64,000 nt of DNA from positions 12,678-76,677 of the forward strand of contig JAUCBJ010006053.1 in the NCBI GenBank assembly GCA_032718475.1, given 5' to 3'. This stretch comes from Nemertoderma westbladi. Lineage: Eukaryota; Animalia; Xenacoelomorpha. Numbering within the stretch: the stretch's first letter is position 1; every line of letters starts with the position of its first letter. Both the position numbers and the translations under genes were made by a program. The notes below the pieces were generated by a model that saw only the letters and a list, made by a program, of their open reading frames with translations, did not search any database and was not told the origin of the DNA. Below, in pieces: positions 24,437 to 35,213 of the stretch.

Positions 24437-26218
24437 GTCTTGATTAACTTTTCATCAGTTTAATAAGTTTACTAAAATTGAGTTCTTAGTTAAACGTTTC
24501 CTACAGTGAAATTATAAACATAACATAGGCCTACGGTTCACAAATTACCCCAATACGGCGCGCTCCTTTAACGTGGCTCACCCCACACTGAAATGTAGGC
24601 TTAGGCCTACTAATATTGTAATTAATTGAATGAGCAGCACAGGTACCGGTACTGCTACACCTCAGCAGTACTTATGAGAAAAGGCCTGACTGAATGATTT
24701 TAGTTAGAGTTCAAACTAGTTTATCTACTACTAGTAGTTAAATTAGTTAGTACTAATTTACCAACTTATTAGATCGTTCTAATCTTGGTAAATACGGTTT
24801 AGATTGTGTTTCTATCTAATTAGTTTGAACTAGGTTGTTCAGTCTAATTAGAGCGCTTGGTGCATACGACCCCGACCCCAGATCTTTAACGAACTGATAT
24901 TTGTCGCATTTAGACCTAAGCAAGGAGGCCACAGCTTTCCCTCTGATCTCAATGCTGTTTTGAAGTAGTTCCTGTTCGATGTAATCACAATTGTTTTGCA
25001 GACCACAGATCTCAGCTGTATTTTGGTGCGCTGTCTTGCAGGTAACAGCACCTGAATTAAGGTGCTCTTTAAAAGACCACAGTTGAGCTGTAACGTCAGC
25101 AGTAACAAGAATAGGTTAGTCGCCATGCCCCTGTTCCATAATGGCAACAGTGCCGCCTGTACTGGTGGTAGGAGACAGGATGGGCAAATTAATTTCCAGA
25201 ATGTGATTATTATTTGGGATACCAGTACCTTCAGCATCATAGACAATGGTGGCACCTGCTCAGATTCAGACAAAGTTTTAGATGAAGGCTAGCTACCGCT
25301 ACCGTTACCCAAAGCTAGGATCATTTAATCTCTTTGGACTGAGCAATAATGGTAGGGCTAGGGCAATACCGGTAGGCCTATATGAGCATGTATCAACTGT
25401 GCATTTTTGTTATTTGTGTTATGTAACATTTTATGTAGACGCAACCACCCCCCCCCCCCCCCCGCCCTTTAGATTGTGCAATGTATGGACGTTACCTATT
25501 ATAATATCTAATAAAGGGTACATGACTACTGTAACTTACCCATGAATCATGAATACTTGATATATTTAATTTATTTACTTGATTGCAGAATTCTTATTCT
25601 GCAATGGTGATAAAGTCAAAAGTCAATTTAGTGGTTGAACATTATTGACACTTATATTATTTTTAAAAACAAATACCGGGGTTGAGACTAGTGTAACATC
25701 ATTCAGGGTTTTAAGTTTGTGAAAGTCAATTTTTATTCTGATATTTCATGTCAGTTACGAAGGTGAAATTGATTTAGATTTTGGCGCCCTATCTCACAGT
25801 TTTTTGGATGATTTTTGAGAATTCCAATAAAAAATTACTTTAAGGAGACCTCGAGTGGTCTTATTCCTAAAAAGAGATATATCTCCTGACTGTTTGAAAC
25901 TGAATCGCTATAATGTATAACATTGCAAGGAGGAAGAGTACTTCCCCTTTGAGAACATATTTGTAAATATGTTTTCTTAGGCGGCATTGATAATGTATTG
26001 CAAGCATTCATCCTGAGTGTGTCGATGTTAACTGAAAGAGCAGGGTTCCAATCTTCGCAAGATATGATAATAATTTATTGCGAATATTTAACACTACTGA
26101 TACAGTAAAACAAGTGAAGCAAACTTGTTTCATGAAGACTATGAGAACCAACAGAAGTTGGCTGATTTAGAGTGGAATTTTACACAATCAGAATATCTGA
26201 CTGTCAGTATGATACCTC

Positions 26219-27480
26219 TGTAAAAGCTTCTGTGGGATATAACTGGCCCTTTTGCTTCGCAATCCAGTTTCCCCCCAGGCGCTGGAATACTCTAAAAGGG
26301 GTCCTCTAACTGTATATATATTCCCCTCGCCCGCAAGGTACCTTTACAGGTGTTTTAACGGACATAAAAGTCATTCTGCTATATACGTGTTTTAGCGGAC
26401 ATGGTAAGGCAAAAAACCTGCAATGCGACAAATACCTTTCATAGCTTAGCCGTGATGATTCATATTACGACATCTAACAGCTGGTTGCTGACATGGAAAC
26501 AGCCATTGGACGCATGGTTCTTTGTTTGGCTTGAGCCAATCAGAGCGATTTTTCCTGTCAACGTGTAGCTTTTCGGTCGATCATAAGGAGTGTGTTCAGT
26601 CTTACAGTTTTTTCTTGATACTTTGTGTTATTGCTATCTAGGCCAGAAACAACGGCTCTAGAGTCAATTAGTTTCATACTTTAGAAGAAACATTAGTAGG
26701 CTAAAATTATAGAGCGTATGACTGTTATCAGTTCTTAACAACTCATATCACATATCGGTCCATATCAGTTCATATCATAACTTAACATACCGTCTTAATG
26801 CTGTTTAGTGTTGTGTTTTGGTTGAATATCATTTGGAGAACATATATAAAGAACCCAAATTTCCCAATTTTCTTGATACACTACAGGTTAGAGAGACGGG
26901 TTATATATAGCGATTGCGACTTATGTTGTTGTGGTTTGTAGTGAATTTAATGCTATTTGATAAGCACTACATTGGTCCGTTGCTATTCCCTTTATATGTG
27001 ATAAAATTCATTGACGGTCGGCAAATTAGTGAGCAGTATTGTGTGTTACCGGTAGTGTGCATGATTGTGACTGATAACTAAGCATTTCCTAAAGAATGCG
27101 CCTCATACGTGAATCTTAAGCCTTGCCGACTTACCGTTGTGATTAGTGTAAGTCATATCTCGGTTTACTTAGATAGAGCGCCACGTCCTAAAGGAACTGT
27201 TAATATTTCCCGAAAGTAAATAATATTAGTCAGAAATTAATTATTAACGATCAATCGAATAATACAATACAGTAAGCTTCACTGCAATAATAATTTAAGC
27301 CCTCAGAATCCAGTCTCCCGGGAATATCCAGCGGGTGAATGGACGCGCACTAGGCTGGCTTCTGCTAATGTTGTGTTTATTGGTATTAAATATTTGTCAT
27401 CTTCTAAAGTATATCTATAAACCAAAAGACATATAAATTTTGGCAGGTTAAACTGCTAAAGGTCTTCAAAAGCGCGTACA
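26219..27480 (+). repeat. 5' LTR (1262 bp)
   Basis: Direct repeat of 36741-37430 plus 39882-40453; about 4 substitutions seen by eye. Confidence 0.97.
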
Positions 27481-27491
27481 ATAACAGTCAT
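27481..27491 (+). promoter_or_regulatory. Candidate self-priming primer-binding site (non-tRNA)
   Basis: ataacagtcat abuts the LTR end, lacks TGG, and is the exact reverse complement of atgactgttat at 26718-26728 in the LTR. Confidence 0.55.
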
Positions 27492-29408
27492 TGACTTTAT
27501 TGCAGTAAGCAATAAAGTTGAAAGTACCGGTCAACCGGTACTGCTGTAGGTCCGTAGGTCCAACTGTCAGAACCGGTACTTCTGTAGGTCTGTAGGCCCA
27601 ACTGTACTAACCGGTACTTCCAGTCTAAGTACATTAGTATTATTCGATTTGATTAATGTATACCGGTAGGTCTCGATATTAAATCGGGGACGCCTGGTTT
27701 TTATTGGGATTTTACTTAGGTCTATTTCTGTCAGTTTTATTTCCTAGTAAGTTAATATTGAGCTGAAGACGTGTAAGTCTGCTCAGATTGTTCAGATAAT
27801 TGTAGGCCGGACTGTTGTCAGATTGTTGTTGGGTTTGGAGAGATTACGGCGTGTGTAGAGTTTGTCTGATAAAGTGCCAGTTAGTAAGTTGGGGCAGCCA
27901 TATGCTGTAAGGTCAATCCCCTCTTAAAGAATAAGTCGTACTACCGTGTTAGAACGCATACTAACTAACCGTTTTGGAATCTGCACATACAGTAGTTTAT
28001 TTAGGCTTGGTGGTAGTCTGCCAGCGTTTGGTCTGTATTTTGTTTGAGTATTCTGTACGGGTAGCGTAATATTTATTATTCAGAGTTTATGCGATTATTC
28101 GCAACATTCATGTCCCCAAGTTTATTCCTACAGTAATTGTGTTTGTTATACATACCGTTATAGTTAAATTAACCCCGGTACTACACGGGCTGCTTGGCGT
28201 AGGACAAGACTGGTGATTTTGTGCACCGGTCACTCCAGCAGATGCCGTGGTTCTTTTAACTGTTCAAGTATATTTAACTACTGATTATTTGTTGTACCAG
28301 TACTTGTACCTAATTTAGGGTTTAGTGTACAGTGCTTTCCGAAGTAATTAGTGTGTAGGCAGTATATTTGTGTTGTAAAGTGGTTAATAGGCACGTTGGA
28401 TCTGGTAGTCCGCGGTAATTAACTTCCAGGTAGGAACACTCCGTGATACATAACGTAGTACCTATAGCGATACGGCTATAGGTCGTCAGGCGGTGGTATT
28501 TTCCTATCTGGACAGTGCAATATATTTACTACTACTTATTATTTTCAAACACCGTAGTACCCTGTCCGTTGTAATAACCAGAATTCTAACCCTTTGTTAG
28601 ACTGGTTTGTAGTTTCCCTGTAAAATTACCCTAAAAATTCGTACGTAATATTTTTGTTGTGTTTAATTAGAGATTTAATCTCACCCGTATCGTAAGTAAT
28701 TTGTAGTATTAAGTAACTTAGGTAAATTAGAATTATCTGTTTTAGTGTCCCATAGGTAGCACTTCACTGAGAGCGCACAGCTTCTGTGTAGTGACTTCCC
28801 CCAGAAATAATAACATTTATTTCAAATATTGACAAAACCCCTTTTAAACGGGTATATATTTATTATAAATCAACTCAAACGATTTATAAATAGTAGGCCC
28901 GCCATACAACAACTAGGTCTCAATATCAGTTGGACTACTGCTTAAATAACGGTAACAAAGTAAGTTAAAGTAACCAAGTAACCCTAAAATATTCAGAAAT
29001 TCAATTATTCTAAAATAATTGACATACCGGTATTTACCATAGGCTTATTATATTTATTTCTATAAATTTGAGCTGAAATTATACCGGTACTCTGTAATTA
29101 ATTCTAGTCCATAATTATACTTATATATACTATCAGTGTAAGCTGTATACCGGTATTCACGATAGGCCTATTATATATTTATATATATTTGTGCTAAAAT
29201 TATATACCGGTACTCTGTGACAAATCTAGTCTGTAATAATACTTATATATATACTATAAGCATACCGGTATTCTAATATATTATATATATATCACGCTAC
29301 ACTGAGTAGCAGTATCGGTAATTAATTACTAGGCTAACAGTGATACTGAATTGCTAGACTTGCTTTAGCTGTAATCATAGCAGTAGGCATTCAACTGTAC
29401 AAACAAAC

Positions 29409-32400
29409 ATGTCTGACACAACCCAATCACTGTCGGATAGTCTCTTAGAAAGTGTTAGAATGACTGTTAGACAGTGTCTTAAAAAGATCAGTGACCCAGA
29501 TCCAAGTATAGAACATCCTAGATCCAAGTCTAAGTCACCTACTATTGTCAAAAAGGCCATCCCTACAGTAGTAGTGTCAGACCCTAGGCTAGTAGAACAA
29601 CGTAGGTCTATCATCGGTACTCGGGCCCAAGTCAAGCGGGATCAAGAAGCAGCTGTCAAACAGCAGCAACATCCTAGCCTAGAACCTAGTTCTCAGCGGC
29701 CCGATAGCTCCAGTAGTTCGGATACTGCTGAGCGGACGCCCGAACGCGGAGCGAAGATGGTGGATACGGTTTATGATGAACGGCCAACCTATGAAGAATC
29801 AACCGACGCCACTTCTTCTCAAGTGGAAAGCGAAGTGGAAAGCGAATTAACAGCAGAGAAGCCGCGAACTAGAGACGCCATTGACATCTATCTGTCAGAC
29901 TATCAGCGATTCCTAGGAGACGAAGAGTTGAGGAGACGACTGTCTGGACTTCGCCCCAATAGTGAAGGAACCAAGCTTGTGTTGGACGCAATCGATGCGG
30001 AAATGTTAGCTGCTAACCAAGCAGAATTTGATGAAAAACTCCGCCTCGCTAGAGTCCAAGAAGAAAAAGTAAAGAAAAGACGGATAGAGGAACAAAAGGC
30101 GGCGGCTACGGCAGAAGCAGAAGCAGAAAGAAAAGCAGCAGCGGCAGAAGCAGAAGCAGAAAGAAAAGCAGCGGCGGCAGAAGTAGAAGCAGAAAGAATA
30201 GCAGCAAAGGCAGCCGCGGCGGAAGCAGAAGCAAAAAGAAAGGCAGCGGCGGCAGAAGCAAAGGCGGAAAGGGCAGTGGCAGAAGCGGAACGGAGAGCGT
30301 CTGAGCAGACTACCCAACTGGAGTTGGAAAATCTGCAAGAGACGCAAGACAACATAAATAAACAGATAACTGCTAGTCAAATGCAGATGATGAGTCGATC
30401 TACTCCCAAACGCCAAGGATACACATCATCGGAGGAAGGCGAGACCACCGATCCGGAAGGCGGAGGAAATAGATCTCGTCTAAGCAGGCGTAGAAAAACA
30501 TCTCACTGTCACAAATTGCCTGATTTGCCCCCAGCTGTTAGAAGACAGCTAGCTAGCACAGACTTAGGTAGTACGGAACCCACAGACCAAACTATTCAGG
30601 TCAAAAGACTCCCTACAATAGTTGATGAGCCTGAAATAATTAGGCCTGTCGTTCCCAAAGTCACTTCTGTGTTAGAGACCCCTGTACTTCCAGAGCTTAA
30701 CTCTAAATTCCCTTTACATAGTACTACACTGCCTGTACCCGGTAGAACAGTCCATGAGAATATCCCTGTCCTGGAAGCTGAGAGAGAAATTAAAGATTTG
30801 TCTCCCGTCGTCAAACGTCAGCCCGCTACAATGTTGGCGACTCCCGCTTCGGCGGTCGAGTGGGTAGAGGAGGGACGGTGGGGGATGAATCTCCTGCTCG
30901 GGCAGATGCAGGAGACTGTCCACCAACTCAAGGGAACATTAAGGGAAAGTAGGGTAGAATTGCAAGAAGTGCAGCAAAGTATCGCGCTAGAACGCGACAA
31001 CTTAGTCAATATACAAAAGAGTATACCAATACCCCATGTAACATTGTGTCAACCTGTTAGGTCTGAAGTATTACATGCGCAAGGTGTGGAGCCTACACGC
31101 ATCTATACTGCTAGTGAAGTAGAAACTCCTATAGCAAACCCTATTAAGGGTGATTATAGACCTGTTGTTAATGATATTCCCTATAGACCTGACAATGATC
31201 CGAGAAATTTATATACCGATAATTCGATATTAAATAACACGATGGCCCAAGAAAGCTTTACACGTCAGATGGCTAGAACAGAAGCCCGCCAAGCGGTTAA
31301 AGTGGGAGAGATCGTCAAATTCAATGGAGATGAGATGAAATGGTTACCTTTCAACGAATATTACAAAGACAGCATACAGAACTCTGTGCTATCTAACGGA
31401 GAGAAACTTAGGTTCCTCATCAAGTGCTTGGAAGGACCTCCCAAGTTAATGGCGTTAAAGTTTATTGGACATCCAGAAGGATTAAGACAAGTTTGGGATA
31501 CATTAAACATCAGGTATGGTAACAAGGATAATATAGCTAAGTATTTGTATGCAAAATTAGTAGCCCCCCGAAACTTCCTTAGTAGCGGTATTATAGAGTT
31601 TTCCGATGAGATTCAGGAAATCTGTAGACAATTGGACTGGTTAGGTAAGTCTCATGAATATCAGAGTTCCATGGTTATTGGAGCCGTAGTCTCTACTTTA
31701 CCAAAGGGTGGAGTATGTACACGCTGGGACAAGAAAGTGTTGTATATGAATGAACAGCAACGACGAAGCCCTACCATGGCTGATCTCATGTCCTTCTTAG
31801 ATAGTGAAGTAAAATTACAACTCATAAAGCAGTCCAGAGAGAAAACATCGGAAAATAAGGTAAGTGAGAAACCCGTTTCTAGGAGAAGGATAATACCAGT
31901 GTGTTATACTGACGACGGCGAAAGCCAAGCTTCTCAAGAAGAGGACAGCGGGAAAGACACAGCAAAATCTTACTATGACAACAAGACCTATAAAGACGTA
32001 AGTAAATACAAGTCTCGAACCAGTGACAGGAGAGAACAGGTAACAACAACTCCTCCTACGTCTCCTAAGAGAATTCACGGAAGAAAGCCCGAAGAAAGAA
32101 CGAGAGTGCATCAAGTTACCCAAGGTAAAGTGAGTAACATCAAACCAAAATGTGCGCTGTGCGACGGGCCCCACCGTTTGAGTGCGTGTGCTGAATTTCT
32201 AAAGAAATCCCCTGTAGACAGACGTACAGTCCTGTGGAGTAAGCGGTTATGCTATAATTGCCTCAGATCAGGACACCAACGGCGAACCTGTTACTCCGAC
32301 GTAAAGTGTGCAAAGTGTGGCGCGAAACATCACATCTTGTTACACAGTGAGTTCGAACGAGACAACCCGAGTCAGGTAAGTGAGCCCGAACTACATGTCC

Positions 32401-33584
32401 AATTCAGTGATGTAAATGACACTGATCAAGAGTCTGAGATGGAAGGATTCTATACTGACGAATTCTCCGACGCCAATGAATCCTGTTACCTAATAAATAT
32501 CTCAGTGTATCGAGCACTTACTTATGAAAAGGACACCGACAATGAGTTCCCCCCAACTACTTTTGCCAGACAACCATCTTGGAAAGCTCCAACTTCCAAC
32601 GTAGGAATCAGAGAATTTCCTGTAGTGCAGGTAAGAGTTCATGGTCCTAACAAAAGTTACATAGTGAACGCCCTCCTTGACTCCGGCAGCACAGGAACAT
32701 TCATCGATCAAGAACTAGCCGAAGATATCTTTGCTGGACAACCCAAATTCCGGACTAAATTGAATATGTTAGGAATTATGCAGGTTTGGAAATCTACCCT
32801 AACGGCAGATTACTATGTAGGTGTGTTGTCCACCCCCCAGGATAAATTAGGAGCACAAGGTATAAGGTCGGTAAAAATGGTGGCTATAAAGAACTTCGCT
32901 ACTACCCAAGCAGACCTTTATAATTGGGATGAGGATGAGAGTATCCAACATCTTAAGATACCTCGATTCCAGACAGATTATCCTGGAGTGCAAATACTCA
33001 TCGGCCAAAACGCGCATGAGGCGCTCGAGACATTGGAGAAACGGCCTGCTCAACCGCAGCCACTACAAACCTATGCGGTAAGAACTAGAGTAGGTTGGTA
33101 CTTCACTGGCCCTTCCCGTAGAACTCTCAAAGAGAGATTACCTCAACAACAGGTATACCAAGTAAAGGAATGGGAAGTGGAGAGCAGTGATGTGGACGAT
33201 CCAACTGAGGGAACACCATACTCCTCAGATAATGACGATATTAACTCCAATGCAGATCAATGGAGACATTGCCTTGGGACGATTAATCCAGCCGACATCG
33301 CTTCCAGAGGAGCAACTCCTCAAGAACTGATAGATACTCCAGGCTGGTTAGGTGGATCCGACTTCTTAAGTAAAGAAGAAGAAGAATGGCCTCCTCATTT
33401 TACAACGGCGGAGATTAGACAGGCCAAGGGAGCGGAGAAAGTAACACAACAACTCAATCGCCCAGCTAGTCGTTTATGTTTACGGGAAAGAGACCAAAAA
33501 CTGTCCGGAAACTATGGAAGGCAAGATACTCTTCCTACGACCACTTCCCTAATCCGACAAATATCTAGGGACTCCATAACGTAA
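29409..33584 (+). CDS. BEL/Pao Gag-protease polyprotein (1391 aa) with in-frame loss of RT, most of RNase H and all of integrase
   Basis: DUF1759-like capsid (FNGDEMKW...EKLRFLIKCLEGPP); three Zn knuckles (CALCDGPH, CYNCLRSGH, CAKCGAKHHILLH); protease ALLDSGS; then directly the RNase H tail WRHCLGTINPADIASRG...WLGGSDFL. AEAEAERKAAA helical repeats at ~30100-30300. Confidence 0.93.
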   Translation: MSDTTQSLSDSLLESVRMTVRQCLKKISDPDPSIEHPRSKSKSPTIVKKAIPTVVVSDPRLVEQRRSIIGTRAQVKRDQEAAVKQQQHPSLEPSSQRPDSSSSSDTAERTPERGAKMVDTVYDERPTYEESTDATSSQVESEVESELTAEKPRTRDAIDIYLSDYQRFLGDEELRRRLSGLRPNSEGTKLVLDAIDAEMLAANQAEFDEKLRLARVQEEKVKKRRIEEQKAAATAEAEAERKAAAAEAEAERKAAAAEVEAERIAAKAAAAEAEAKRKAAAAEAKAERAVAEAERRASEQTTQLELENLQETQDNINKQITASQMQMMSRSTPKRQGYTSSEEGETTDPEGGGNRSRLSRRRKTSHCHKLPDLPPAVRRQLASTDLGSTEPTDQTIQVKRLPTIVDEPEIIRPVVPKVTSVLETPVLPELNSKFPLHSTTLPVPGRTVHENIPVLEAEREIKDLSPVVKRQPATMLATPASAVEWVEEGRWGMNLLLGQMQETVHQLKGTLRESRVELQEVQQSIALERDNLVNIQKSIPIPHVTLCQPVRSEVLHAQGVEPTRIYTASEVETPIANPIKGDYRPVVNDIPYRPDNDPRNLYTDNSILNNTMAQESFTRQMARTEARQAVKVGEIVKFNGDEMKWLPFNEYYKDSIQNSVLSNGEKLRFLIKCLEGPPKLMALKFIGHPEGLRQVWDTLNIRYGNKDNIAKYLYAKLVAPRNFLSSGIIEFSDEIQEICRQLDWLGKSHEYQSSMVIGAVVSTLPKGGVCTRWDKKVLYMNEQQRRSPTMADLMSFLDSEVKLQLIKQSREKTSENKVSEKPVSRRRIIPVCYTDDGESQASQEEDSGKDTAKSYYDNKTYKDVSKYKSRTSDRREQVTTTPPTSPKRIHGRKPEERTRVHQVTQGKVSNIKPKCALCDGPHRLSACAEFLKKSPVDRRTVLWSKRLCYNCLRSGHQRRTCYSDVKCAKCGAKHHILLHSEFERDNPSQVSEPELHVQFSDVNDTDQESEMEGFYTDEFSDANESCYLINISVYRALTYEKDTDNEFPPTTFARQPSWKAPTSNVGIREFPVVQVRVHGPNKSYIVNALLDSGSTGTFIDQELAEDIFAGQPKFRTKLNMLGIMQVWKSTLTADYYVGVLSTPQDKLGAQGIRSVKMVAIKNFATTQADLYNWDEDESIQHLKIPRFQTDYPGVQILIGQNAHEALETLEKRPAQPQPLQTYAVRTRVGWYFTGPSRRTLKERLPQQQVYQVKEWEVESSDVDDPTEGTPYSSDNDDINSNADQWRHCLGTINPADIASRGATPQELIDTPGWLGGSDFLSKEEEEWPPHFTTAEIRQAKGAEKVTQQLNRPASRLCLRERDQKLSGNYGRQDTLPTTTSLIRQISRDSIT

Positions 33585-35213
33585 TAACATATGGAGTGGG
33601 CGTGTGACTATATCAATTTATATTTGTTTTATTTTATATTTATGTATGTATTATTATGTCATTTTATTATAATCGTTTTCTTTAATTTTATTTAGTAGAA
33701 TGATATTTTAGTGATTATTTAGTAGATTAGTGCAATACATTAGTGTTTATTACGTACTTAATTACTTATAATATATATTTAGTGCGACGGCGAGAAAATA
33801 ATTATTTTTTCTCTTTCCTTACTGTCCGTATCATATTGTAAATACGTGACTACAGTAAGATGAAATGTCCGTACTTAGTAAAGTACAATAAAGCCACTAC
33901 TATATTCAAGTATTGTTGGTAGGCAGAGTATTAGGAATACAAAGTTCAGATCATCGTGTCTCGGCTAAACCAAGCTCTGGGTAGACCTTGGAAACGACTT
34001 GCCTCTTCACACTGACATTGCTTCGTGCGATATTGCTCTTCTACCTTATATTAAATAATACATATAGTAGCGTGATGTCCCTCTAACAGTAGCGTAAAAC
34101 GCAAATAAATCTGTTAAACTTTTTGACCATCTGTAATTCTAGTCGATTAAGATATCGCGGCACCCACCGATATACTTGAAAGACAAATTCTAGAATCAAT
34201 GGTTAACGTCCCCAGACAAGTTCTGGAATAAATCGGTGCCCATCTTAAATATTAATTTAATATTTATTAAAATCTGTAAAATTCAGATCCGTTAACAATT
34301 CTAGTCGATTAAGATATCGTAGCACTTCCCGATACTCTTAAAAGACAAATTTCATAGAATTAAGGATCCTATGTCCCCAGACCTGCTCTGGAATCAAATT
34401 GTGTCAATTTTAACATCAAATAATAAAATTCACGGGAATAAATTTAAATTCATATTTTTAAATGAATTTCATAAATTGTCATTTTGTACAATTTATAACA
34501 TTCCCAAAATTCCATTAATTAATAGATCATGGGAGCGGAGATTCATCCTATTGAGTGTATTAGAGTGCGAGAATCTCCAACATATAGTCAATAGCCGATA
34601 AAATTAACAAAATCATACATAAAGAGGATATTGACAATTAAAGAATTATTATTAAATAGCATCCCAGATCTGTATGCATGAGAATTACCCTAATTCTACC
34701 GCTAGCATTCCATAATGTCACCATAGCAACACCCACGCTAGAATTAGAAGCAAGTTAAAAGAACAATAGAAAGCTTGTCCCATTGCATAGCATAGAGAAC
34801 ATAGCACACTGTTAGTATCCAAGGATACACAGTAATAAAGTGACATTCTGGAAGGCACTGACTAACGGACAAATGGCCTGTGTGTGTACAATTGGTGACA
34901 GTTGTGTGGAATTTGTGCGTTTATAGGTGAATGTTACTGCTAAAGCATGTTTACAGTAGCTAGTCGCAATTGTAAAAATAGCCCAACTCTCCTATAGAAA
35001 GAACCTAAGTGGATCCAAGCCTTTGGGACAGACAGTGGAGTGACTTGTGCCGGTTATCGTTGTCGTGCTGTTGCTACATGTTGGCGTAAACACCGCGACG
35101 ACGGTACATCGGCGCTGAGAATCCCACTGTCCGGGGGCAAAGAGAAGTAGGCAGCGACGTCCGCTCGCCTAAACATAAACTCATTTCGATATTAATAAAC
35201 TCAGATAGCAGGT

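Larger units (their letters stand above)
20763..25023. repeat. 4.26-kb fold-back inverted duplication (arms 20763-22809 and 22848-25023, 38-bp spacer)
   Basis: The arms are reverse complements over ~2.05 kb. They differ by scattered substitutions, a ~15-bp indel near the outer end, and a MITE present only in the right arm. Confidence 0.97.

Noticed and set aside
20763-25023. Palindrome as a sequencing or assembly fold-back artefact
   Set aside because: The arms differ by many substitutions, an indel and a TSD-flanked MITE, which a chimeric read would not create.
29903-30416. Ala-rich and Cys/Phe-rich minus-strand ORFs
   Set aside because: Antisense shadows of the AEAEAERKAAA repeat in Gag.
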